From: Flectonema sp. DT1601
Lineage: Eukaryota
DNA: 64,000 nucleotides
Direction of reading: 5' to 3'
NCBI GenBank assembly: GCA_964019425.1
Contig: OZ025789.1
Location: 1,116,001 to 1,180,000 of the forward strand
Position numbers and translations under genes: made by a program. Numbering within the stretch: the stretch's first letter is position 1; every line of letters begins with the position of its first letter. Positions 12,315 to 25,609 of this stretch are shown here, piece after piece. The notes under the pieces were generated by a model. That model made no database searches, was not told where the DNA came from, and saw only the letters and a program-made list of their open reading frames with translations.

Positions 12315-15300
12315 ATGGGAGGTTACGACAGATACGACCGCGATAGATACGGTGGGAGAGACGACCGTGGTGGAGGAAAGGGTAAAGGAAGAGACGACAG
12401 AGACAGAGATGGATACGGAAAGGGAGGTGACCGAAAGGGAGGAGGTTACGGAGACAGAGACCGCTATGGAGGAAAGGGAGGCGGTAAGGACGACAGAGAC
12501 CGCGGATACGGAGGAGGCAGGGACGGCGGTAGAGACGACCGTGACCGTGGATACGGAGGAGGTAGGGACGGCGGCAGAGACGACCGTGACCGTGGATATG
12601 GTGGCGGCAGGGACGGCGGTAGAGACGATCGTGACCGTGGATACGGAGGAGGCAGAGACGACCGTGACCGTGGATACGGAGGTGGCAGGGACGACCGCAG
12701 GGAAGTCCGCAGAGACGACCGTGACCGCGGATACGGAGGTGGCAAAGACGGAGGCCGGGACGACCGCGACCGTGGATACGGTGGTGGCAGAGACGACCGT
12801 GACCGTGGCGGCAAGGGAGGAAGAGACGACAGAGACAGAGGTGGAAAGGGAGGAAAGGGAGGAGACAGGAAGGGAGGAAAGAAGGGAGGTGGTAAAAAGG
12901 GAAAGAGAAGAAGCGCCAAGGAAGAGGAGATGGAGAAGGCACTTGACGCCAAGCAGGGATGCGCGATGAACATCGCAAGTGCGCACTTTCCTGTTTCCCT
13001 GAGCGGGAAGGTTGTCAGAGTTGTGAGTATCTCTTTTAAGAACGCGAGTGGTTCAGATGAAGGAGCTTGTGGACCACAGGGACTGGGATTGAAGGAAAGC
13101 GACCCAACGTGGGAGGCGATTCTCAACCAAGTTATGACAAACATGCACAAGCAGATGAAGTCCGAGGAAATGAGCATCCAGGAAGTCAGAGCGTCATGCG
13201 TTGCTGCCGGTAACGTCATCTACCTCCGCAACCCGTCTCTGCTACCAGCCGCAGGATTCGAGGCGTTCACCCTGAAGGTGAGAGTCGGAAGGACTTTCAA
13301 CGAGTACACCGTGTCCCTCTCTGGAGAGAAAGATATCGCTCTCGGTATCGACGATCAGGAGAGCGTGTTATCTGTGCAGACGATGGTTCACAACATTCTG
13401 CAGAAGACTCTTCGCTCACACTACACTACCATGTGTCCAAAGACCAAGAAGTTGCTGAACGCCGGATCAACTGAGGGAGGAATGACGATCATGAAGGGTG
13501 TCCGTCCAAAGGCTGACGTCATGTGCAACGATGACCAGTCGAGCCTTTTCTTGGAGTTGGAGCCTTGTGTGAAGGTGACGAGCAACGTTCGCATGGACCA
13601 GCTGTTGAAGACTCAGTCTTGGGTGTCTCTCGTTGGATGTGGTGTGCTCACTCCGCACAACAACATGTTGTACAAGTTCCGTAAGGAGTTGAAGGAGACG
13701 GCAAAGGAGTCGACATTCATGCGTAAGGGAGAGTCTCTGGGATTAATTGACTACTTCAACACCGCTTACGGAATTAAGATTCCTGACGACGACAAGATCA
13801 TCGAAGTGAAGACCGGTGAAGGAAGGAAGTGTGTATTGCCTGCGAGCATCTGCTGTTGTGACTTCTTGACCCCTGACCAGAAGGGAAGCTTGCCATCAAT
13901 CTGCAGTCTGCAGCCTGCTGCCCGATTCGACATGATCAGTGAAGCTTTGAAGGTATTGGGAGAGTCAAGCACCACCACCGAATTGGAGAAGTGGGGAATC
14001 AACATCGATACCACTTCCCTGATGAGACACAAGGCTACGAGGTTGGCCCCAACCAAGTTGGTGATCGGATCTCAGAAGTCCGCTGAGAAGACTGGCAACT
14101 TCGGAAGAACTCTGATGGGATTTAGATTTGACCCTGAATTCCCGAAGGGATCGATGGAATCGTTCGTCGTCGGAAGCGATGGGCGCTCGTTGGGAGACGG
14201 AAAGAGGAGATGGCAGGCGATCGAGAGGGAGATGCAGAAGGTATCTGCTCCGTTCAGCTCGAGGGTTGTCGGAGACCGTGAAGGAAGGTCTCTCGGAAAG
14301 GTGTTGGAGGAGTCGAAGTTGGGATCCAACGGATTCGTGTTCGCTGCGCTCAGGGACGGAGACAAATACGAATACTCTGAAGTGAAGGAGTGGTGTATCA
14401 AGAACGGAATCGTTTCTCAGTGTCAGAACTTGAGCAAGACCGAGAGATCGAAGGCGATCAACGTCATCACCGCAAACTTCGCGAAGCAAGTGTGCAACAA
14501 GAAGGGTCTGCTGTCTTGGTGGACTCCACTTGAGGAATCGATTCCTTACTTGGCAGACAAGGCTGTGATGATTGTCGGAGTTGACGTGAACAGAATGGAT
14601 GCAGAGTTCGCTGCGAAAGATGACAAGATCGAGAAGAGTTTCAAGGCATTCGCTGGTTTCGTGGCGTGGGTGTACGATCCATCGAAGACTGGAGCTGACA
14701 GATGGAGACACTACTGCGACGTGATTACCAAGTCGCACAAGGACACCTTCTACATGGAGCAACCGGGTGAAGGAGAGAGCCGCACTGGCACCAGCGAAGG
14801 TGGAAAGACAAGCGCTCAGGACTTTGCCAGCACTGGATCGAAGCTCCACGACTTCCTCGTTGCCGCCGGAAAGCACTTCCTTGCTGAGGGCACTGCGAAG
14901 ATCGATGAGATCATTGTGATGAGAGACGGAGGAAGCACTGGCAACATCGATGCTATTCAGGACATGGAGTCCCGTCAGTTGGAGGACGCTGCACTGTCGA
15001 CCGATGCGTTCGGAACAAGACCGGCAACGACCTTCCTTCTGTTGAACAAAAGACCAAAGACCAGATTCTTGGCTGATTCGCAAACCACTGCGGACCTCGA
15101 CATCTCCAACGGTGACGGTCACTTCAACGTGCCAAGAGGTATCGTTGTTAACTCGCTGACTGACCGGGCGACTGCTGGAACTACTCACAGCACCTTCTGG
15201 TTGATCGCATGCTCATGTGACTTGTCAACTACCATCCCAACGAAGTACGTCGTTCTCGGACAGCAGCCTTCGGACTCGGGTGACGTCTTCCCTGTTGAAG

Positions 15301-15717
15301 AAATTCCGAGACTCTGCTTCGATTTAGGATGGATGTACCCGAACTGGCCTGACGCAGTCAAGGTTTGCATTTTTGTATTTTTGTTTGTTTGCCATCGGAT
15401 CGAACATATGAACGAAAGAAAGAAAGAAAGCAACGTGTGGTGTGCCACGGCACGTTTCTTTTGTTGTTGTGTCAGTAAAATAACATCCCCCAAAAACAGG
15501 TTCCATTCCCAGTTCAGTGTGCCTCGAAGTTGGCGGACTTGTACTCCAAGGTATGTGAATGTGTTGTTGTGGTTTCAGTCGAAGTTGTCCTCTGTGAGTA
15601 CATAAAACATTCTTTAACTGATGTGATTGAGTTGAACAGAAGAATAAATAACCAAAACAGCTTCAATCACCTGTTGAGATTGCTGAATCTCTGAAGAGTG
15701 GACCGTTCTACTTATAG
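12315..15717 (+). CDS. AGO1: Argonaute/PIWI-family protein with N-terminal RGG domain, copy 1. Exons 12315..15362, 15500..15550, 15661..15717
   Basis: PAZ-like IDYFNTAYGIKI; MID motifs YSEVK..IVSQC..KQVCNKKG; PIWI motifs IVGVDV, MRDG and KRPKTRF. Splicing restores MYPNWPDAVK-VPFPVQCASKLA..GPFYL*. The AGO1 name is by analogy to the RGG-bearing trypanosomatid protein; orthology is untested. Confidence 0.93.
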
Positions 15718-16442
15718 AACAACAGGCAGTCAACTACCAGTGACATTACCATCTAAACTGCAACCAGATGAATAGTTAATCAGGAAGCTCATCATTTTAC
15801 GTACCTTCTTTTTCATAACATTACTTTGACTTTTTCCCTTTTGTAGAAATAATTTAAAAAAAAAAAAAAAAAAAAGCGTTACTGGAAATGTAATTGTTTT
15901 GATAACGACAGCCAGATGAACCAAAAAAAAAAACAAAGAAAAGTGTTTTCAATCCAGTGTTGGTGGGAATTTTTAGTCAAAGGAAAGAAAAAAAAAAAAA
16001 AAGAAAAGAACACAAAAAAAAAAAACTCAACCCTCTTTTTAATAATCTTTGAGGAAAACCATCGATGTATTCCTTAACTTAGTGTGCTGGTTAGTGTATG
16101 TTTGTTTTATTTTTGTTTTTCTGCTTCATCATTGGCAGTGAAAAAGATGAATTATAATAAGCACTTTATCAAGTTAAGTATTGCAAAGTTATTACAGGTA
16201 CTTTATGTAAAGCCAGGTCTGTAATATATGGAAGCGGTACAGCAGCTCATTAGTGTACAGTTATTCGCCGAGACTTGATGCATACAACTTACTTAGTGAC
16301 AGGTGTACTTGTGGAACACTAACAGGATTAGTTATAATTAAATATAAATAATCGAATTGATTACATTAGTTATATCTGAATCAGTTTAGTATGTTGTTGT
16401 TGAGGATATCTATTTCTATTTTCTCAGAATTAAATCGATAAG

Positions 16443-19400
16443 ATGGGAGGTTACGACAGATACGACCGCGATAGATACGGTGGGAGAGACGACCGTGGTG
16501 GAGGAAAGGGTAAAGGAAGAGACGACAGAGACAGAGATGGATACGGAAAGGGAGGTGACCGAAAGGGAGGAGGTTACGGAGACAGAGACCGCTATGGAGG
16601 AAAGGGAGGCGGTAAGGACGACAGAGACCGCGGATACGGAGGAGGCAGGGACGGCGGTAGAGACGACCGTGACCGTGGATACGGAGGAGGTAGGGACGGC
16701 GGCAGAGACGACCGTGACCGTGGATATGGTGGCGGCAGGGACGGCGGTAGAGACGATCGTGACCGTGGATACGGAGGAGGCAGAGACGACCGTGACCGTG
16801 GATACGGAGGTGGCAGGGACGACCGCAGGGAAGTCCGCAGAGACGACCGTGACCGCGGATACGGAGGTGGCAAAGACGGAGGCCGGGACGACCGCGACCG
16901 TGGATACGGTGGTGGCAGAGACGACCGTGACCGTGGCGGCAAGGGAGGAAGAGACGACAGAGACAGAGGTGGAAAGGGAGGAAAGGGAGGAGACAGGAAG
17001 GGAGGAAAGAAGGGAGGTGGTAAAAAGGGAAAGAGAAGAAGCGCCAAGGAAGAGGAGATGGAGAAGGCACTTGACGCCAAGCAGGGATGCGCGATGAACA
17101 TCGCAAGTGCGCACTTTCCTGTTTCCCTGAGCGGGAAGGTTGTCAGAGTTGTGAGTATCTCTTTTAAGAACGCGAGTGGTTCAGATGAAGGAGCTTGTGG
17201 ACCACAGGGACTGGGATTGAAGGAAAGCGACCCAACGTGGGAGGCGATTCTCAACCAAGTTATGACAAACATGCACAAGCAGATGAAGTCCGAGGAAATG
17301 AGCATCCAGGAAGTCAGAGCGTCATGCGTTGCTGCCGGTAACGTCATCTACCTCCGCAACCCGTCTCTGCTACCAGCCGCAGGATTCGAGGCGTTCACCC
17401 TGAAGGTGAGAGTCGGAAGGACTTTCAACGAGTACACCGTGTCCCTCTCTGGAGAGAAAGATATCGCTCTCGGTATCGACGATCAGGAGAGCGTGTTATC
17501 TGTGCAGACGATGGTTCACAACATTCTGCAGAAGACTCTTCGCTCACACTACACTACCATGTGTCCAAAGACCAAGAAGTTGCTGAACGCCGGATCAACT
17601 GAGGGAGGAATGACGATCATGAAGGGTGTCCGTCCAAAGGCTGACGTCATGTGCAACGATGACCAGTCGAGCCTTTTCTTGGAGTTGGAGCCTTGTGTGA
17701 AGGTGACGAGCAACGTTCGCATGGACCAGCTGTTGAAGACTCAGTCTTGGGTGTCTCTCGTTGGATGTGGTGTGCTCACTCCGCACAACAACATGTTGTA
17801 CAAGTTCCGTAAGGAGTTGAAGGAGACGGCAAAGGAGTCGACATTCATGCGTAAGGGAGAGTCTCTGGGATTAATTGACTACTTCAACACCGCTTACGGA
17901 ATTAAGATTCCTGACGACGACAAGATCATCGAAGTGAAGACCGGTGAAGGAAGGAAGTGTGTATTGCCTGCGAGCATCTGCTGTTGTGACTTCTTGACCC
18001 CTGACCAGAAGGGAAGCTTGCCATCAATCTGCAGTCTGCAGCCTGCTGCCCGATTCGACATGATCAGTGAAGCTTTGAAGGTATTGGGAGAGTCAAGCAC
18101 CACCACCGAATTGGAGAAGTGGGGAATCAACATCGATACCACTTCCCTGATGAGACACAAGGCTACGAGGTTGGCCCCAACCAAGTTGGTGATCGGATCT
18201 CAGAAGTCCGCTGAGAAGACTGGCAACTTCGGAAGAACTCTGATGGGATTTAGATTTGACCCTGAATTCCCGAAGGGATCGATGGAATCGTTCGTCGTCG
18301 GAAGCGATGGGCGCTCGTTGGGAGACGGAAAGAGGAGATGGCAGGCGATCGAGAGGGAGATGCAGAAGGTATCTGCTCCGTTCAGCTCGAGGGTTGTCGG
18401 AGACCGTGAAGGAAGGTCTCTCGGAAAGGTGTTGGAGGAGTCGAAGTTGGGATCCAACGGATTCGTGTTCGCTGCGCTCAGGGACGGAGACAAATACGAA
18501 TACTCTGAAGTGAAGGAGTGGTGTATCAAGAACGGAATCGTTTCTCAGTGTCAGAACTTGAGCAAGACCGAGAGATCGAAGGCGATCAACGTCATCACCG
18601 CAAACTTCGCGAAGCAAGTGTGCAACAAGAAGGGTCTGCTGTCTTGGTGGACTCCACTTGAGGAATCGATTCCTTACTTGGCAGACAAGGCTGTGATGAT
18701 TGTCGGAGTTGACGTGAACAGAATGGATGCAGAGTTCGCTGCGAAAGATGACAAGATCGAGAAGAGTTTCAAGGCATTCGCTGGTTTCGTGGCGTGGGTG
18801 TACGATCCATCGAAGACTGGAGCTGACAGATGGAGACACTACTGCGACGTGATTACCAAGTCGCACAAGGACACCTTCTACATGGAGCAACCGGGTGAAG
18901 GAGAGAGCCGCACTGGCACCAGCGAAGGTGGAAAGACAAGCGCTCAGGACTTTGCCAGCACTGGATCGAAGCTCCACGACTTCCTCGTTGCCGCCGGAAA
19001 GCACTTCCTTGCTGAGGGCACTGCGAAGATCGATGAGATCATTGTGATGAGAGACGGAGGAAGCACTGGCAACATCGATGCTATTCAGGACATGGAGTCC
19101 CGTCAGTTGGAGGACGCTGCACTGTCGACCGATGCGTTCGGAACAAGACCGGCAACGACCTTCCTTCTGTTGAACAAAAGACCAAAGACCAGATTCTTGG
19201 CTGATTCGCAAACCACTGCGGACCTCGACATCTCCAACGGTGACGGTCACTTCAACGTGCCAAGAGGTATCGTTGTTAACTCGCTGACTGACCGGGCGAC
19301 TGCTGGAACTACTCACAGCACCTTCTGGTTGATCGCATGCTCATGTGACTTGTCAACTACCATCCCAACGAAGTACGTCGTTCTCGGACAGCAGCCTTCG

Positions 19401-19845
19401 GACTCGGGTGACGTCTTCCCTGTTGAAGAAATTCCGAGACTCTGCTTCGATTTAGGATGGATGTACCCGAACTGGCCTGACGCAGTCAAGGTTTGCATTT
19501 TTGTATTTTTGTTTGTTTGCCATCGGATCGAACATATGAACGAAAGAAAGAAAGAAAGCAACGTGTGGTGTGCCACGGCACGTTTCTTTTGTTGTTGTGT
19601 CAGTAAAATAACATCCCCCAAAAACAGGTTCCATTCCCAGTTCAGTGTGCCTCGAAGTTGGCGGACTTGTACTCCAAGGTATGTGAATGTGTTGTTGTGG
19701 TTTCAGTCGAAGTTGTCCTCTGTGAGTACATAAAACATTCTTTAACTGATGTGATTGAGTTGAACAGAAGAATAAATAACCAAAACAGCTTCAATCACCT
19801 GTTGAGATTGCTGAATCTCTGAAGAGTGGACCGTTCTACTTATAG
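16443..19845 (+). CDS. AGO1: Argonaute/PIWI-family protein, copy 2 (appears identical to copy 1). Exons 16443..19490, 19628..19678, 19789..19845
   Basis: Same sequence as copy 1 at offset 4128, including both introns. Confidence 0.93.
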
Positions 19846-20580
19846 AACATATGTTTCTTCTTATTTCCACTGCACTCTTCGGACTACCCGAAAACTAGAA
19901 GGGTGTGTAAAAGTTAGCAAGTGTGCATTCGCGTCCTAGAAACAAAACATAAAAAGAAAGTAAGGAACGATTTTCATCTTAAAAATGACACAGAAAGAAA
20001 CAAAAAAAAACTAATTATTGTTTATTAGATAGCTTATTTTGCTTTGACTAATTATCTCGTGTTATCATTGCTGCTTGTTGATGTGCGTTAGCGCAGAAAA
20101 AAAAAAAAAAAAAAACATAGAATGAGAACACAACATGGGTACTCTACTTATACGATCGGATTTTTCTCATCTCTTCTCGTTTTTTCCCTTTTTTTAATTT
20201 GTCCCCCTGAGGAAGAGTAACAATGTTTTATTGTTCAAAGTGTTAAGACGCGAGGAATGAACAAAGATTTCCATTTCGGATAATCAAAAAAAAGAGAAAA
20301 GCAAAAAAAGTAAAATAGCGAAGAATGTTGTTTTGGTGGGGGAGTCAGAAAGTGTTAATGGGACGGACTCTCAACATCAAAGGAAAAAAAAAAAAAAAAA
20401 ACAATAGCAATAACAAAGGAAAAGAAATACGAAAATACGATGAAGGGATTATTTACCTTTATAGATTTTAAAAGTATTGTTTAGTTTTGTTTTGATTGTT
20501 GACTGTTTGATTATTGTTATTTTTGTTTTCAAAAGATGAATGTGATGATCCTCACCTGTTACTGATCACTTAAACTTTCA

Positions 20581-21978
20581 ATGAACAGTATCCCGACTGA
20601 CAGGTTGGCGGCAGCAGCAGCGGGGAGTCTTTTAGCCGCGGGTGCTTTGACGATTTGCAAAAGAAATGATCGTCGTAATCGGAAAAAGAGAATAGCAATC
20701 CTCGGAGGAGGTACAAGAGGAGATGTACAACCATTATTATCGCTAGCTGTTGGGATTCATGGAATGGGTTTTGAAGCGACAGTATGGTGTGGAGACGACG
20801 GAAAAGAAACCTTCGCAGCCTACGACATACCAACACACCCGATGAGGCACAATACGCCACTGCACCATCCTCAACAGAGGAGTAAAACAGATGTTAATAA
20901 AGCTCTTGAGGGTGGTGCTGAAACTGTGATTCAATTTAAACACGATTTACTAAAATCGGAATATAAAAAAATATTATCCGAATTAAAGGGACACTGTGAT
21001 CTGATTATTTCGAGTATGCCGAGTCTACCGATACTCTTATCTCTGTGTGGGGAGTTGTCAGTACCTGGATTGCTAATCATATTACAACCCTGGAAACAGT
21101 CTTGCAGTGTTCCTGAGGTATTTTCTGCAACAGCAGTTTCACAGTTTGCAAAAAGTACAGAAGAGATAATCAGCATCATCTCTCCTTCGATGAGTTTTTC
21201 TGTTACAGACTTCGATAACATTATTAACTGCTGCTGTACAACAGTAAGTACACTTTATGGTTATCCTCAACAAATATTATCTCCGAACGTTCCGTTAGAT
21301 TATTCATCACGTTTACTATCTAATCACGTTGGATACATTAAATTACCTCAAAGGCTTATTGTTGGCAGTTCGAATACTGCTGAGATATTAAAATTTATAA
21401 ACTCAACTGAAAAAAAAGTCGCATTCTTTGGATTAGGATCAATGACACTAAGCGGAGGTGATAAGAAACGAACTATTAGTTTTATATGTCAAGCCTTTAG
21501 AAATGCTGGGTTGAGAGGGATTATTCAATCAGGATGGTGTGGTTTTACCGTGGAAGATATCGTCGGGAGTGGGATTCGAACTTGGGCGGAAAATGCGATT
21601 TATTTTGCATCTGGAGAAGTTGACCACTATGAAATATTTCCGAAATGCTGTCTTGCAATTCATCATGGAGGTGCAGGGACTACTGGAAGCTGTTTACTTG
21701 CTGGGATTCCTTCAATTGTGTCTCCGATATCTTTCGATCAAGATTGGCATGCAGCAACAGTAATACGACTAGCTTGTGGGTACAGCATTCCTTCCTTTAC
21801 TTCTTCTTCTCAGATTCTTCCATTATTGTCATCTGCAATTTCAAAGTGCCTCGATCCAGATCAAACCCGCCGCTGTCATCAGGTGTCAGAAATCATAAAA
21901 AGTAAAAATGGTTTAAAATCTGCCTTAGAACACATTAGCTCTCTACTTATTATCTCTGTGTTGATGAATGATGGTTAG
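20581..21978 (+). CDS. Glycosyltransferase family 1 (sterol 3-beta-glucosyltransferase-like)
   Basis: Motifs GTRGDVQP, FFGLGSM, HHGGAGTT and PISFDQ. Confidence 0.88.
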   Translation: MNSIPTDRLAAAAAGSLLAAGALTICKRNDRRNRKKRIAILGGGTRGDVQPLLSLAVGIHGMGFEATVWCGDDGKETFAAYDIPTHPMRHNTPLHHPQQRSKTDVNKALEGGAETVIQFKHDLLKSEYKKILSELKGHCDLIISSMPSLPILLSLCGELSVPGLLIILQPWKQSCSVPEVFSATAVSQFAKSTEEIISIISPSMSFSVTDFDNIINCCCTTVSTLYGYPQQILSPNVPLDYSSRLLSNHVGYIKLPQRLIVGSSNTAEILKFINSTEKKVAFFGLGSMTLSGGDKKRTISFICQAFRNAGLRGIIQSGWCGFTVEDIVGSGIRTWAENAIYFASGEVDHYEIFPKCCLAIHHGGAGTTGSCLLAGIPSIVSPISFDQDWHAATVIRLACGYSIPSFTSSSQILPLLSSAISKCLDPDQTRRCHQVSEIIKSKNGLKSALEHISSLLIISVLMNDG

Positions 21979-22373
21979 CCTTTTGTGTTGTTGTTACACG
22001 TTGTTTGTGAGAGTGTTTTAGTACTCTTTAATTACATCCCTTTTTTTCTTCTTTTTTATTATTAAAAACCTCTTCGACAAGGGTTTATCGCTGCAGCGGA
22101 ACCTTCTGACTGCAGTTGATTACTGTAGCTCTTTTTTGCATCCCTCATCGCTTCCTTTTTCTTCTTTTGTTCTTGCTTACTTATTGCGAACATAGAAAAA
22201 AAAAGGTTGAGTTGCGTGGTTGTATTTATTGTTTTTTATGTAGTCTCATTCTTGTCAGCTGAATGTGCTGGAGTTTTGATTGAGAAGAAAACAATTTTTT
22301 TTTTTTTTTTTTTTGTTCGACTGATAAGTTTTATTTTGTTATTTTAATCTTTTCTCTGTAGCACTTATCAGAT

Positions 22374-23350
22374 ATGATACGACGTGTCCTCCCCTGCTCG
22401 GGGCGGACGAGGCACTTCACACGTCACTCTCGAAGATGGGCCACCGAAGATGTATTCGTGCATGATATTACCTCGAAAGATCCTTTTGAGATATTGGGAG
22501 TGACCAGACAAAGTCCTGAGGAGGAAGTGAATTCAAATTATAAAAAACTAGCAATGAAATACCATCCCGACAGACCAACAGGAAGTGAAGAATTATTTAA
22601 CAAACTCAGAGAAGCTAAGGAAATGGTTCTGATTAGATTAGGTGAAAAGATTCCTGAATCAGAAGTACAAGGAGAGAGTCCAGATCGACATGAAGGAGAG
22701 TACACATACAATGAAGAATCAACTGAGTGGGAGTACAAGAGAGGTAAATTCCGAGTCTACGACGACTACGTTGACAGTTCTGTTGAACGTCAGCGAATGG
22801 GAATTTGGGTCGTCCAATCACTCCTTGGCATCACAGCATGTTGGTTTCTTCTTGAAAACTACATCGAAGAATTCTTCACACAAGTAGTTGGAGAAGACAG
22901 TCGCCATAAAGAAGGAAGAATGTTCGCAAACTCTAAACGCAAAGAATACGAACGCGAATCTGAATCTCAATTTATGATAAGTAACTACGGAAGGGGTTCA
23001 GATTCTTCGTCTACCTACACGTATGTCTTTACTTTTTCCTGTGCAGTATTTTACTGACTTTTTAACAAACATAATCAAATTAACTAACAGGGAATCCTTT
23101 ATAATGGAAGATCCATTCTCTGCTTCAGAAACACGTCAGCGACTAGTAGTTAGCAATGGATGGTTACCACGTATTATTAGTTGGGTAGAATACTTGATGC
23201 CGACACTTGGAAGATGGCTCCGCTTTGTCTGGGTATGCATCTTTATCAGTTCGAATCCGGCATAGTACTTTTTTTTAAAATTTTTTTAATAAATCAATTC
23301 CAACACTAAAACAGTTACCTGACACTATCAGAGTTGCTAGCTATGATTAA
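22374..23350 (+). CDS. DnaJ (J-domain) protein, probably mitochondrial membrane. Exons 22374..23020, 23091..23232, 23315..23350
   Basis: J-domain DPFEILGV..YKKLAMKYHPDR; Arg-rich presequence-like N-terminus; two in-frame GT-AG introns. Confidence 0.82.
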
Positions 23351-23958
23351 ATCCACTACGAGGGTAGTGATGGTAATTTAATATCTCAAAAGACCGCACA
23401 GATGAAAAAAAGGAGTCTACAACACACTGACTCGGATAATTGTTTTGGTCAGTAATTTTATTATTCGTTGCGATGTTTTGGCTGTGATGCCAACACGTCT
23501 AAGTCGACACATTAGATCAAAAGAATGGAGAGGCTTACCATCTATTTGTATTATTGTAAAGTGAGAACAACTATCTGAAACAGACTGCTGGTATGCTTCA
23601 GATAGTTATCGTCATCCTCTGATAGAGGGATGCTCATCATCCGAAAATAAAAGGAATTCCATTTAGAGTATTGTTACTACAGCAGTACAGATTCTCTCTT
23701 GTTGTTTCTTTTAAAATACCAGTTGGAAGTAGTCGCCTCTGTAGGTGAACGGATCCATCTGGTGAGACTCTCGGCCAAAAAGTTATCATCATTTTGGTAT
23801 CGCGTCTGCTGTGACGTATTGAAACTTCTTCAAATTGTTTTATTATTATAATTTTTTTCACAAACAGTTTTTTGATGTTTATTAATTACAAGTTGACGAA
23901 TACTAAAAACCTATTTATCTTATCACTTTAATAATAATTAATAAGGTCGCCACACACA

Positions 23959-25609
23959 ATGGTAAAGGCAGACCGTCGCGCAGTCTCTGGTGGTGGAGTT
24001 GCCCGCCATGATAACTTACAGAGATCTCGTACATTAGCTGTTGAGAGAACAGTTGATACTAGAAAAGAAGAAGGGCGAATGATATTTGAGTATCAACAAA
24101 TGTTGAAAGAGATGGGACTTGAGGAAAGTGCAGCATTCAAAAAGAAGAAGGAAGCCTACCAGCTAAAGTTACAGAAGGAGAAAGACGCTCTCAACCCTCG
24201 CCAAGCAAAGAAACGTAAACAACGTCAACGAGATGAGGCCGAGGAAGTCCTAAAAAAAGAGGAGCAGAATGAAACAACTCCTGGCAGCGATGACGAAGAA
24301 CAAGAAAAAGACGAAGAAGATGACCTCGCTAAAAGTAATCCATACTACAAGGCACAGAAAGAAGTCCTTCGTAAACAGAAAGAAAAGGAAGCTCTTAGAA
24401 AGAAATGGGCACAAGAGGTTTGTTATTCATCACATTAATCACAAGTTACTTTAATAATTCTTTTCTGTTGGTACGAAACTCGTTCCCTTCTTCCCTTCTC
24501 TCTGTTGTTCGAACTTGTTCTCTTCTACTGTTCCTTTGGAGTGATTATAAATTTGTACAAATCCATTTTCCTGAACGTGTTATCGATGATACCAATACAA
24601 ATATCTGAGACTTGCAGATGACCAATCTTCTTGTTTACGAGATCGTTGATTCCCTTCTCAGATTCTCTAAACCGCTTTGCTCGTCCGTCCTGCCTGTTTG
24701 CTGCTAATGATCTGATCAGGGTTTCCTCTGTAGTCTCGATCCAGTTCCACACACAATTTCCTCGTCGCAGTGGCCGACGCTGCTCTGCCCACCGCCGCGT
24801 GCCTCTCACAATTTCGCAGGCACCCAAAGGTAGCTCCGCCTGCACGAGCGCCCGCTCATCCATATCCTCGCCCACGAGACCCCGCAACACGCTTTCTCAA
24901 TATAGCGTCGAAATTCGCCAGACCCGTCGCTGGTCCTTCAGGTACATTAACTTCATCAGGTACAGCATCTTCCAATATGAATGACAGGATCGTAGCTGGG
25001 TCAGCGCTACGTGTCGATCCGGCAACATCGTCAGTGACTCGCTTACTCTCTTCGTCGTACTGCAGCAGGTATTCCCTGCAGTAGCGCCCACTCCCTACCG
25101 GAAGCTACGGCCCAGAAAATTTTATTTTCTGTTCGAAGACCCTTCAGCATTTCATCAATTCTAGCAAATGCTCTCACAAAACGGTTCAACTTCATGATTC
25201 CAGCAGTCTCTAGTGACTCTCTTTTCTCCAGAAGATAATGTCGACTTAAGTCCCTTGAGAATAGTGAAGTTTCCCTCGGATTCTTGGTTCACTTTCTCCA
25301 GGCCCATCCGCAGAGGTACGAATACACACTTCGCCTCCTTCACTTTCAGCCCCAGGCTTGATGCCTTTTGAACCTAATCGATTAGTACGCCCTCGCTAGT
25401 TCGTTCACGCCTCCCATCAACACTCCATCGTCTAGGAACCTAATAACAAAAAACAGGAGGTCACTCGCAAGAAGACTATCGAAAAATCAAATCGTCGCAG
25501 AAAAACGACTCATATCAAACTACAAGAAAAGACTAAGAAAGGACAACCCATCATGGCCAACAAAATGGATTATTTAATGAAGAAAATTAATAAATCGATG
25601 GGGAAGTAA
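23959..25609 (+). CDS. rRNA-processing FYV7/TAP26 (CCDC59)-like protein. Exons 23959..24417, 25457..25609
   Basis: Highly charged K/E-rich ORF. The spliced last exon gives KTKKGQPIMANKMDYLMKKI, the family's C-terminal signature. Confidence 0.75.
24458..25440 (-). mobile_element. Decayed, 5'-truncated non-LTR retrotransposon fragment (RT C-terminal half, CRE/SLACS-like) inside intron 24418..25456
   Basis: The minus strand reads FLDDG (25438-25424), then LGLKVKEAKC and later QAELPLG, with stops and frameshifts. A possible TAATAA target-site duplication at 24452-24457 and 25441-25446 is weak evidence. Confidence 0.72.

Noticed and set aside
15363..15605. ORF-track C-terminus of AGO (VCIFVFLF...), and similar VC.. 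endings in other ORFs
   Set aside because: These are read-through into introns. Splicing restores conserved C-termini.
12232..19316. Overlapping and antisense ORFs in the AGO genes (for example 13965..15188 and 12352..12969)
   Set aside because: These are shadow frames of repetitive or codon-biased CDS with no recognisable motifs.
12315..19845. Prokaryotic Argonaute defence system
   Set aside because: The genes have spliceosomal introns, an RGG N-terminus and eukaryotic neighbours (RPN5, IFT57).
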